A stretch of DNA of 64,000 bases, taken from contig CAKVLQ010000001.1 in the NCBI GenBank assembly GCA_934757845.1, forward strand, positions 72,398 to 136,397, read 5' to 3'. This DNA is from an uncultured Clostridia bacterium (GTDB lineage: Bacteria; Bacillota; Clostridia; Christensenellales; UBA1242). Position 1 is the stretch's first letter; each line of letters opens with the position of its first letter. The notes beneath the pieces were generated by a model that was not told the DNA's origin, did not search any database, and saw nothing but the letters and a program-made list of their open reading frames with translations. Below, piece by piece: positions 55,097 to 64,000 of this stretch. A program made the translations under genes and the position numbers.

Positions 55097-56662
55097 TTAA
55101 ACATTCAAGAGTTTCAAATAATCTTCTTTGTTTGCTGCGCTAAAGAACAAATAAAGTCTTGGTCCGTCATCTCTACCAAACAATAGGTTATAGAATATTT
55201 TAAAATAAGATTGTTGAAGAGCCATGTTTTCTTTTTTAGACAATTCTGGATTGTTGATTATGTCATAAAGATATTGTTGAACTTCTTTTTCTTTAACTTC
55301 ATTTTGAGTTAAATAGTTATAAAGTTTTTTAACAACTTCTTTTTGCGTTTCTGTTAATGAACTTGCAAAATCAGCATTAAAACTATCCAAAAGTTTATAC
55401 ATTTTTTGTGGCATATAAGTTTTAATCCAATATTCCGCACGGGTTAGCCTATCAAAACTATCTTCTTCAAACTCTACACCTGCTTTATTAAGACAATATT
55501 TAACTTTGTCAAGTTTAAAATCAACAATAGGGGCGATTGAAGCAATCGTTCCAAATGGGGTTTTTACTTTGTTTTCATTTTTAATCAAAACAAGGTCAAA
55601 CAGGTCTTTAACAAATTCATCACAAGTTCCGTCAAGATATTGAGCAAGGTTTTTATCAAATTCAGAATAGTGTCTAATAATTGTTTCGTCAAAATAAAAA
55701 TTATAAGCATCTTTTGGTTCATATTTGCAAAACAACCATCTCAAAATTTCTGGTTCATAAAGTTTTAGGGCATTATTTGGTGTTATATTAATTCCGCTTG
55801 AACTATGCATAGAACTTACGCCTTGAAAGCCAAGCCAACCATATCCTTGAAAAACTGGGGCAGGATAAGACCAAATTTGTGGGCTTAAAACTGTGTCAAC
55901 ATCATAACTTCCACCGCTTGCTGCGTGGTCAATTCCACCTGCTTCAAAGTCAACATTTTCCATTTTCCAACGCATTGGCCAGTCAACTTTCCAAATAAGT
56001 TTTATTCTGTAATATTCCAAAACATTAACAGTTTCTTCTTTTCCGCATTCACGGCAATAATAAGTAAGTTCATGAGTTTGTGGGTTATAATTTGTAACTT
56101 TTGTTGCGTCTTTAAAACAACCACTGCAATAAACACTAACAGGATAATAATTTTCACGGTCTTGATTGTTGGCTTCTTGTGTTTTAAAACTCATCAAAAT
56201 GTCATAAATATCTTTTCGTTTTTCAAGAGCATAAGCAACATTTTTTGCGTATCTTCCGCTTAAATATTCTTTGGTTTGATATCTAACTTCATAATCAATT
56301 CCCAAAACTTTAAGTGCTTGTTCAAATTCTTTTTCAAAATAACTTGCATAAGTTTCATTTTCGTCAAAAGGGCAAGGAATTTGAGAATAAGGCATTCCAA
56401 TATATTTTTCAAATCCACTAACAAAATTGCTAACATTAACAGGAACTTTTCTTAACCTATCAAAATCGTCCCACGAAAACAAAAGTTTTGCTTTCTTGCC
56501 AAGTTTTTTAAGAGCTTTGCACACAAAATAAGGTATTGCAATATCCCTAAAATTGCCAACATGCACACTTCCTGATGGACTTATACCTGCTGCACAAACA
56601 TATTCTTCTTTATTTGGATTTCTTTCAATCACTTTTAATGCTATTTTTTCACTCCAATGCAT
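55097..56662 (-). CDS. lysK: Lysine--tRNA ligase, class I (LysK-type)
   Basis: About 520 aa. GISPSGSVHVGNFRD (HIGH-like), the Cys cluster CSGC...CRECG, and the SSMHSSSG (KMSKS-equivalent) region are typical of class I LysRS rather than class II LysS. Confidence 0.8.
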   Translation of the reverse strand: MHWSEKIALKVIERNPNKEEYVCAAGISPSGSVHVGNFRDIAIPYFVCKALKKLGKKAKLLFSWDDFDRLRKVPVNVSNFVSGFEKYIGMPYSQIPCPFDENETYASYFEKEFEQALKVLGIDYEVRYQTKEYLSGRYAKNVAYALEKRKDIYDILMSFKTQEANNQDRENYYPVSVYCSGCFKDATKVTNYNPQTHELTYYCRECGKEETVNVLEYYRIKLIWKVDWPMRWKMENVDFEAGGIDHAASGGSYDVDTVLSPQIWSYPAPVFQGYGWLGFQGVSSMHSSSGINITPNNALKLYEPEILRWLFCKYEPKDAYNFYFDETIIRHYSEFDKNLAQYLDGTCDEFVKDLFDLVLIKNENKVKTPFGTIASIAPIVDFKLDKVKYCLNKAGVEFEEDSFDRLTRAEYWIKTYMPQKMYKLLDSFNADFASSLTETQKEVVKKLYNYLTQNEVKEKEVQQYLYDIINNPELSKKENMALQQSYFKIFYNLLFGRDDGPRLYLFFSAANKEDYLKLLNV

Positions 56663-56835
56663 AATTTTCTCCTTAAAATAATCACAATTATAGCATAAAA
56701 ATCATTAATTTCCAAAAGAAAATTACTTATTGTTAGAATTTTAACTTATTTCTTGTTTCTTTAAAATGAAATATTGTTTAAATTAAATGCAAATTTTATA
56801 AGCTTATGATATAATCAAACCATAGGAGATAACTT

Positions 56836-57849
56836 ATGGCAAATGAAATTATAGAAAGCAAAAATTCTTTTATTATGTATACAACCGTTGATGGAAAAAC
56901 AAAAATTGATGTCAAATTAGAAAATGATACCGTATGGCTAACTCAAGCACAAATGGCAGAGTTGTTTGATAAAGCAAAATCAACTATAAATGAGCATATT
57001 AATAATATTTATGAAGAAGGGGAGCTGATTGAAGGCGATACTATGAGAAAATTCGGAAATCCCGAATTTTCTACCAAACCAACAAATTATTATAACCTTG
57101 ATGTTATCATTTCTGTTGGTTACAGAGTTAAATCTCTTCGAGGCACACAATTTAGAATTTGGGCAAATAAAGTGCTTAAAGAATATTTGCTCAAAGGTTT
57201 TGCAATGAATGACGACTTGCTAAAACAAACTGGCGGTGGCAATTATTTCAAAGAATTATTAGATAGAATTAGAGATATTCGTTCTTCCGAAAAAGTTATG
57301 TATAGGCAAGTTTTGGATTTGTTTGCAACAAGCATAGATTATGATGGAAAAAGCGAAACAGCACAAAAATTTTTTAAGGCTATGCAAAACAAATTTCATT
57401 ATGCTACTCATGGAAATACTGCTAGCGAGCTAATTGAAATAAGAGCTAATGCTGAACTTCCTTTTATGGGACTAACAAATTTTAAAGGAACAAGACCCAC
57501 AAAAGATGAAGTATTGGTTGCCAAAAATTATTTGAGCGAAAAAGAACTGGCTGTGCTTAATCGTTTGGTTTCTGCATATTTTGACATTGCTGAAATTCAA
57601 GCTATTGAAGAAAAACCAATGTATATGAAAGATTGGATGAAACAACTTGATGATTTTATTTCAATAAATCATAGAACCTTATTAAATGATGCTGGAAAAG
57701 TTAGCCAAATTGAAGCTAAAGCAAAGGCTTTGCGAGAATATGAAAAGTATAGGGAAAAAGGATTTGAAGAATTAACACAAGTTGAGAAAGATTTTTTACT
57801 TTCTATTAAACAAACCGAAAAATTATTAACTAACAAAACAAAGAAATAA
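56836..57849 (+). CDS. RhuM-family (virulence protein RhuM-like) DNA-binding protein
   Basis: DGKTKIDVKLENDTVWLTQAQMAELF...STINEHINNIYEEGEL...YYNLDVIISVGYRVKSLRGTQFRIWANKVLKEYLLKGF. Confidence 0.8.
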   Translation: MANEIIESKNSFIMYTTVDGKTKIDVKLENDTVWLTQAQMAELFDKAKSTINEHINNIYEEGELIEGDTMRKFGNPEFSTKPTNYYNLDVIISVGYRVKSLRGTQFRIWANKVLKEYLLKGFAMNDDLLKQTGGGNYFKELLDRIRDIRSSEKVMYRQVLDLFATSIDYDGKSETAQKFFKAMQNKFHYATHGNTASELIEIRANAELPFMGLTNFKGTRPTKDEVLVAKNYLSEKELAVLNRLVSAYFDIAEIQAIEEKPMYMKDWMKQLDDFISINHRTLLNDAGKVSQIEAKAKALREYEKYREKGFEELTQVEKDFLLSIKQTEKLLTNKTKK

Positions 57850-58011
57850 ATTTTCAAAATTGTACTTGCAAAAGCCATTTTTGTCTTAACGATAAATGGG
57901 CAAATTTATTATGAATTTTGTAAATATTTTGCACTAAATTTTTTTAGTGCTTTTTTTTGCTTTACTTTTTTGTTTTATTTTAGTATATTTTTATCTAGGA
58001 GATTATTATAA

Positions 58012-60729
58012 ATGGGACTATTTTCTTACATTTTTGCATCAGACAATTCAAGAAATATTAAAAAATTAAAAGTTATTGCCAACAAAGTTGTGGCTCTTGA
58101 CGAAGAATATTCAAAATTAACTGACGAACAATTAAAACACAAAACCGTTGAATTTAAAGAAAGGTTAAAGAACGGCGAAACATTGAACGATATTTTGCCA
58201 GAAGCTTTTGCAACGGTAAGAGAAACAAGTTATCGTGTTTTGAAAATGAAACACTTTTATGTTCAAATTTTGGGTGGAATTGCACTTCATCAAGGGCGTA
58301 TTGCCGAAATGAAAACCGGTGAAGGAAAAACTTTGGTTGAAACATTGCCAGCATATCTAAATGCTTTAACTGGTGATGGCGTGCATATTATAACCGTTAA
58401 CGAATATTTGGCTGCTCGTGATAGCGAATGGATGGGCAAAATATTCAACTTTTTGGGAATTTCAGTTGGTATAACATTATCTGGAATGAGTCAAGATGAA
58501 AAGAAATATGCTTATGCACAAGATATAACTTATGGAACAAATAGTGAAATGGGTTTTGACTATTTGCGTGATAATATGCTTCAACGAAAAGAAGATTTTT
58601 GTCAACGAGGGCTTAATTTTGCCATTGTCGACGAAGTTGACTCTATTTTGATTGATGAAGCACGAACTCCATTGATTATTAGTGGTGGGCAAGGAATTAA
58701 AGGCGGAGAAATATATTATACTTGCCAAAAATTTGTTAGAACTCTTATTAAAGACACAGATTTTGAAGTTGACGAAGAACACAAAATAACAAGGCTTACT
58801 GAAAGAGGAATTGACAAAGCCGAAAAATATTTTAAAATTGAAAATTTATCAAGTTCTGAAAATATGGAACTTAACCACTATATTTTAAACGCATTAAAAG
58901 CAAATTATTTGTTTGAAAAAGATAGCCAATATATTGTTGACGAAGGTCAAATTTTGATTGTTGACGAATTTACTGGTCGTGTTTTGAAAGGAAGGCGTTA
59001 TTCTGATGGGCTTCATCAAGCAATAGAAGCAAAAGAAGGCGTTGAAATTAATGAAGATAATTTGACTGTTGCAACAATCACTTATCAAAATTATTTTAGA
59101 TTATACAAAAAATTGAGCGGTATGACCGGAACGGCAAAAACTGAAGAAACCGAATTTAACAAAATTTATGACCTAGACGTTGTAACAATTCCAACAAACA
59201 ATCCAATTCAACGAAAAGATAATAATGATGTTGTTTTTGCAAATGTTCAAGCAAAATTTAATGCTGTTGTTAATGAAATTATTGAAAGAAACAAAAAAGG
59301 TCAACCAGTGCTTGTTGGCACAACAACAGTTGATAAAAGTGAATTAATCAGCAATTTACTAACAAAAAACGGCATAAAACACAATGTTTTGAACGCAAAG
59401 AACCACGGCAAAGAAAGTGAAATTATTGCACAAGCCGGAAAACTTGGTGCTGTTACAATAGCAACCAACATGGCTGGTCGTGGAACAGATATTTTGCTTG
59501 GTGGAAACGCTGAATTTTTGGCAAAACAAAAAATGCGAAACGAAGGTTTTAGTGAAGAACTTATCAATTTAAGCACTTCTTTTGCCGAAACGGATAATGA
59601 CGAAGTTAACAATGCAAAACAAACTTATCAAAAATTTTATGCACAATTTAAAGAGCAAACTGACGCTGAAAAAGAAGAAGTTATTAAGGCGGGCGGATTG
59701 TTCGTTTTGGGAACAGAAAGACACGAATCAAGACGTATTGACAATCAGTTAAGGGGAAGAAGTGGCCGTCAAGGCGACAAAGGTGAAAGCACTTTCTTTG
59801 TTTCTCTTGAAGATGATTTGGTTAGAATTTTTGGCGGGGATAGACTAAAAAGCATTGTTAGATTTTTTAAACTTGACGAAAATGAACCAATAATGAGCAT
59901 GAAATTAATTTCAAAACAAATTGAAATGGCTCAAAAGCGTGTTGAAGCAGCAAACTTTGCAATAAGACGAAATTTGATTGGCTATGACGATGTTTTGAAC
60001 GCACAACGAACAATTATTTATAACGAAAGAAACAAAGTTATTAATGGTGCTGATGTCCATGATGAAGTTTTGGACATGATTGACGAATATATTTCAAATC
60101 TTGTTAATGAAGTTATTTCTGATGACATTCCACAAGAAAAATGGGATATTGAAAAACTAAACAGAATATTAGAACAAGAAGGCATTTTTGCCCAAGGAAC
60201 AAATTTTGTTACACAACAAATGTGTGATGAACTTGAAGTTAATGAAATTATTGAGAAATTGTTAAAACAAATTCACAAACAATATGAAATTAAAATTGAA
60301 GGTTTTAAACAAAACTTTGATATTGATTTTGCAAGCATTGAGCGTAATTTGATGCTTAATAATGTTGATAGGGCTTGGGTTGAACATATTGACAGCATGA
60401 GTATGTTAAGAAAAGAAATTTCAACAAGACAAGACCCACTTATTGCCTACAAAAACGAAGGATATGATATGTTTGAAAACATGATTAAATCTATTCGTGA
60501 AAACACTGCAAAATTCTTGGTTAAAAATGAACTTAATATTCCTCTTGGTTTGATGAGTAGGGAAGATTCACAAAAAATCTTGTCAAAAGTTCAAATTGCT
60601 GTTGAGCAAAAAGAAAGAGAACGAAAAGCAAAACCTGTTGTTCACAAACAAGAAGTTGGAAGAAATGAACTTTGCCCTTGCGGAAGTGGCAAAAAATACA
60701 AAAACTGCTGTTTGAACAAAAACAAATAA
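58012..60729 (+). CDS. secA: Preprotein translocase ATPase SecA
   Basis: AEMKTGEGKTLV, DEVDSILIDEARTPLIISG, TNMAGRGTDI, and the C-terminal zinc motif CPCGSGKKYKNCC. Confidence 0.97.
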   Translation: MGLFSYIFASDNSRNIKKLKVIANKVVALDEEYSKLTDEQLKHKTVEFKERLKNGETLNDILPEAFATVRETSYRVLKMKHFYVQILGGIALHQGRIAEMKTGEGKTLVETLPAYLNALTGDGVHIITVNEYLAARDSEWMGKIFNFLGISVGITLSGMSQDEKKYAYAQDITYGTNSEMGFDYLRDNMLQRKEDFCQRGLNFAIVDEVDSILIDEARTPLIISGGQGIKGGEIYYTCQKFVRTLIKDTDFEVDEEHKITRLTERGIDKAEKYFKIENLSSSENMELNHYILNALKANYLFEKDSQYIVDEGQILIVDEFTGRVLKGRRYSDGLHQAIEAKEGVEINEDNLTVATITYQNYFRLYKKLSGMTGTAKTEETEFNKIYDLDVVTIPTNNPIQRKDNNDVVFANVQAKFNAVVNEIIERNKKGQPVLVGTTTVDKSELISNLLTKNGIKHNVLNAKNHGKESEIIAQAGKLGAVTIATNMAGRGTDILLGGNAEFLAKQKMRNEGFSEELINLSTSFAETDNDEVNNAKQTYQKFYAQFKEQTDAEKEEVIKAGGLFVLGTERHESRRIDNQLRGRSGRQGDKGESTFFVSLEDDLVRIFGGDRLKSIVRFFKLDENEPIMSMKLISKQIEMAQKRVEAANFAIRRNLIGYDDVLNAQRTIIYNERNKVINGADVHDEVLDMIDEYISNLVNEVISDDIPQEKWDIEKLNRILEQEGIFAQGTNFVTQQMCDELEVNEIIEKLLKQIHKQYEIKIEGFKQNFDIDFASIERNLMLNNVDRAWVEHIDSMSMLRKEISTRQDPLIAYKNEGYDMFENMIKSIRENTAKFLVKNELNIPLGLMSREDSQKILSKVQIAVEQKERERKAKPVVHKQEVGRNELCPCGSGKKYKNCCLNKNK

Positions 60730-60785
60730 GAATACTTTTAAACTTTTAAAATTAGGTTTTTGCATAGCGGAAAATGGTTATGGTT

Positions 60786-60825
60786 AAAAAAGCAAAGCAT
60801 CTATAATGACGCTTTGCTTTTTTTT
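60786..60825 (+). terminator. Rho-independent terminator after secA
   Basis: AAGCAAAGC-atctataatgac-GCTTTGCTT plus a T-run. Confidence 0.8.
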
Positions 60826-60959
60826 GTAATGTTAATAAACTATATAAAAATGAAAACAAAAAAAGAAATGCAAAAATTTGATTTTAAATTAATATAATTT
60901 TGTGATATAATAGAATAAATAAATATCAAAATAAATATCAAACAATAGGAGAAAATTTT

Positions 60960-61493
60960 ATGAATTTACACAACACAAAAACCGAAAAAAATTTGCAAGC
61001 AGCATTTGCGGGGGAAAGTCAAGCACGGAATAAATATACATATTTTGCATCAGTTGCAAAAAAAGAAGGCTTTGAACAAATTGCCGAAATATTTTTAAAA
61101 ACCGCAGAAAATGAAAAAGAACACGCAAAAATGTGGTTTAAAGCCCTTGGCGAACTTGGTTCAACTGCTGAAAATTTGGCAAAAGCCGCAAATGGTGAAA
61201 ATTTTGAGTGGACTGATATGTATGAAAAATTTGCCAAAGACGCTGAAGAAGAAGGGTTTAACGAATTGGCAGAAAAATTCCGTGCCGTTGCACAAATTGA
61301 AAAAGCACATGAAGAAAGATATCTAAAACTTCTAAAAAACATTGAAATGCAAAAAGTTTTTGAAAAAAGCGAAATAACAATGTGGGAATGCCGAAATTGT
61401 GGACACCTTGTTATTGGCAAAAAAGCACCAGAAGTTTGCCCAGTTTGCAATCACCCACAATCATACTTTGAAGTTAGAAAAGAAAATTATTAA
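60960..61493 (+). CDS. rbr: Rubrerythrin
   Basis: Di-iron ExxH motifs ([19 protein letters not shown]) and the C-terminal rubredoxin-like CRNCGH...CPVCNHP. Confidence 0.9.
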   Translation: MNLHNTKTEKNLQAAFAGESQARNKYTYFASVAKKEGFEQIAEIFLKTAENEKEHAKMWFKALGELGSTAENLAKAANGENFEWTDMYEKFAKDAEEEGFNELAEKFRAVAQIEKAHEERYLKLLKNIEMQKVFEKSEITMWECRNCGHLVIGKKAPEVCPVCNHPQSYFEVRKENY

Positions 61494-61611
61494 GATAAAG
61501 AATAAGAGCAAAATTAGATTCTGCTCTTATTTTTTCAATTATCAGTGAAAATTAAAAAAAGACATATTTTTTTGAAAAATATGTCTTTTTAAATTTGTGT
61601 TAAGTTAAATA

Positions 61612-64000
61612 TTAAGCAATAACTGAAATGGTTAATTTATAATCTTCACCATCAGTTTTGTTTAGATAAACACTCCAATCGCTATCATTTTGATATTCTG
61701 TAGCTAATGAACTATTAACAATACAAAGTTGTTGCAAGCCTTTAAATTTTTCTGTTCCATTTTCAACATATCTTCCTGTATATTGAAGCAGATTTCCAGA
61801 TGTCATATAACCTTGAGTATTGCTTAAAGTTAGTTTTGTTGTTGAGTAGGTGGTTAGTTTGGTAATTCCTGAATACCTAAAAGCACCACTTTCTATTGTA
61901 TTACAAGAAGCAGGAAGTATCATTTCTTTAAGTTCATAGCAATATTCAAAACTTTTATATCCAATTTTTGTTATATTAAGACCAGATAAGTCGAATACAC
62001 CATCAATATTTGAATTAATTGTTTTAAGCTTCTCGGCATCTTGAAAACAACATCCAGGGATAGTTGTCATAGTTGTGCTGGTTGGAATTGTTAGATGTTC
62101 AAGTTTTGGTGCACTAAATAAATAAATTCCTGAAATACCTTCTTTCATTGTGTATGAAGTGAATGTTGCACCAGTAGGGCATGATAATAACATATTTTTT
62201 GTGAAAGTTCTGCCGTCATAAGATGTTTCTTTTTTAACATAAATAACCCCATAAGAATCGTTTTCAAAATATTCGTTATTTTCATCAACAATAAATCGTT
62301 CCACATTAAAAGAATTATCTAGTTCAAACCTTCTAAATTCTGTAACATTTGCGCCAATTTTGAATTCTTTGCTTGTATATCCACTAGGGAATAACTCAAG
62401 TCTAATATTGTTCCCGTCTAATTTTTTATACAAGCAACCATCACCATTGGTAAAATAAGTTATTTCACCATTTTCACCAGTAAATGTAGTTTCGGTTATT
62501 ATGTTGTTGTTTGCGTCTTTAATATAAAAGGAAGTTAAATTTTCAATTCCCAAAAATGGACTATTTGAATTTTTTAAAATTTCACATTGATAAGGTATTC
62601 CAATTGCGCCTGTTAAATTTGTTTTGTTAAAAGCGTTCAAGCCAATTGATTTTAAAGAAATTGGGAAGTCAACATATTTTAAATTTGAACATCCGTAAAA
62701 AGCTTGTTGGTCTATTAATTGAAGATTAGTATTAAAATTAATATTTGTTAAGTTAGTGCATTGTGCAAAGGCCTGTGCTCCAATTGTTTTAATTGTATTA
62801 GGTAAAGTTATGTTATTTAATTTAAAACAGCCTCTAAAAGAAGCATAATCAACTGACTCCATATTTTCGCCCCAAATAACAAATTCTAGGTTGGAACAAG
62901 AATAAAAAGCTATAGAACTATTTGAACAATTTTTTGGAAGTCTTGCTGATTTTAAACTTGTGCAAGCGGCAAATGCTCCTGGTTTATCGGTTGTATTATT
63001 TAATGCTGTGATGCAATCAGGCAAATAGATTTCTTCAATGCCGGATCTAGAAAATGCTTGTCTAGCTAAAGTTGTTAAGTTTGAAGTTGGCAAGGTAACA
63101 TACTTTAAATTTGAACAAGAATCAAAAGTTCCAGTATTTATTGTTGAAAAAGTGTTTGGAATAATAACTGCTTTAAGATTTGTATGGGCTTGAAATTCGC
63201 CTAAATTAGTGGTTGATTTGTCTTTGCTTATAATAAGATAAGGAGTTGTTCCCTTAACATAGGTATTTTTTGTTGTATCAGTGTTGCCATAGTTTGGTGA
63301 TAAGAAAACGGGATAAAGACTTAAGCCATAATCAGGAGTGTCATAAATAATTTTGTTATTCAAATCATAAGTTAAATCAAAATTTTGAGCTTTTGATAAT
63401 TTAGCAAGATATGAAGTGGTTGCTGTGTCGGTTTTACTTAAAAGTGAAGTATTCATCAATGCAATATTGCTTTGTGGAGAATCTTCAATATATTTGCTTG
63501 TTGATGTCGTTGAATTATATGATGCGGTGCTGTAAAAATATAATTGTTCGCCTGCCGAGTTTGTTAAATTTGAACTTATTTTGCTTGCATCAATATAAAA
63601 TTGTTTTTTTGTAGAATCTGTGTAGGCAATTTCAACACGTGAAGTTATAGAATTGCTTCCTGCTGATGGAGTGCCATCTTCATTATAAAGATTCATAACG
63701 ATAGAAGTTGGGTATTGAGCACTTTTCATTTTTTGAATTTCAATATAAGCATTACTTTCAGATAAATTTGCTTGTTGAATTGCATAAATTGTGCAATTTA
63801 TTTCGGTTGATTGGTTTGCACCAGTTTCTAAATTTGGACTAATTTCTAATTTTACTGAAACGGTTTGATTTTCTCTGGTGTTAAGTTTTCCAAGTTTTTG
63901 AGTTGTGTTATTGCTTGATTCAGTGTCTAGATTTGTTGTGTTGTAATAATAATCTTTATTAAAACTTGATGATAAAACCGCATTATCATTTACAAAACAA
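61612..64000 (-). CDS. Large surface protein: TasA/camelysin-like region followed by BspA-type leucine-rich repeats (LRR_5); the 5' end lies beyond the window
   Basis: The minus-strand frame stays open upstream of the listed Met at 63729 to the window edge. LRR_5 units are present (FDSCSNLKYVTLP, FAACTSLKSARLP, FRGCFKLNNITLP, FAQCTNLTNINF, FYGCSNLKYVDFP). The upstream part contains INCTIYAIQQANL, shared with 19608-20681. Confidence 0.7.
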   Translation of the reverse strand, partial: CFVNDNAVLSSSFNKDYYYNTTNLDTESSNNTTQKLGKLNTRENQTVSVKLEISPNLETGANQSTEINCTIYAIQQANLSESNAYIEIQKMKSAQYPTSIVMNLYNEDGTPSAGSNSITSRVEIAYTDSTKKQFYIDASKISSNLTNSAGEQLYFYSTASYNSTTSTSKYIEDSPQSNIALMNTSLLSKTDTATTSYLAKLSKAQNFDLTYDLNNKIIYDTPDYGLSLYPVFLSPNYGNTDTTKNTYVKGTTPYLIISKDKSTTNLGEFQAHTNLKAVIIPNTFSTINTGTFDSCSNLKYVTLPTSNLTTLARQAFSRSGIEEIYLPDCITALNNTTDKPGAFAACTSLKSARLPKNCSNSSIAFYSCSNLEFVIWGENMESVDYASFRGCFKLNNITLPNTIKTIGAQAFAQCTNLTNINFNTNLQLIDQQAFYGCSNLKYVDFPISLKSIGLNAFNKTNLTGAIGIPYQCEILKNSNSPFLGIENLTSFYIKDANNNIITETTFTGENGEITYFTNGDGCLYKKLDGNNIRLELFPSGYTSKEFKIGANVTEFRRFELDNSFNVERFIVDENNEYFENDSYGVIYVKKETSYDGRTFTKNMLLSCPTGATFTSYTMKEGISGIYLFSAPKLEHLTIPTSTTMTTIPGCCFQDAEKLKTINSNIDGVFDLSGLNITKIGYKSFEYCYELKEMILPASCNTIESGAFRYSGITKLTTYSTTKLTLSNTQGYMTSGNLLQYTGRYVENGTEKFKGLQQLCIVNSSLATEYQNDSDWSVYLNKTDGEDYKLTISVIA

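Overview
This is a visibly AT-rich chromosomal window that looks like a low-GC, spore-forming Bacillota (Firmicutes) genome. Supporting that: SpoVT, a SpoVB/YabM-like flippase, two BclA-like collagen proteins, and proteins with TasA/camelysin-type SipW signal peptides. The standard genetic code fits, since long housekeeping ORFs are intact. The backbone is housekeeping: recF divergent from dnaA, typA, dnaB, dusB, pgk-tpiA-gpmI, secG-rnr-smpB, ssrA (tmRNA), trpS, a class I lysyl-tRNA synthetase, secA, rubrerythrin and six tRNAs (Gly, Ser, His, Val, Leu, Lys). Interspersed are surface and envelope genes (beta-helix, Big_2, MBG-like repeat lipoprotein, LRR_5, DUF11, GT4, acyltransferase) and small accessory pieces (RelB/YafQ, RhuM, an IS200 fragment).

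The observations I rate highest:
1. trpS is preceded by a 10-codon leader ORF with tandem Trp codons, mutually exclusive hairpins and a terminator. This looks like ribosome-mediated attenuation rather than a T-box.
2. A MORN-repeat ORF and a Clp-D2-like AAA+ ORF appear to be one gene. They are split exactly at an in-phase A_AAA_AAG (dnaX-type) -1 slippery heptamer, and a 42-aa acidic mini-ORF follows.
3. Three tRNA genes each carry a duplicated tRNA fragment bounding a small scar or islet. The tRNA-Ser one holds a TIM-barrel gene and a truncated IS200 tnpA.
4. A repeat-dense 0.5 kb region lies upstream of a TasA-like gene.
5. Two paralogous collagen-like proteins have an unusual tri-modular head.
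6. A -10 hexamer followed by 6 nt and then ATG recurs, suggesting leaderless mRNAs.
7. dnaA has no adjacent dnaN and no visible flanking DnaA boxes.

All calls come from reading the sequence and ORF translations by eye. No database search or folding software was run.
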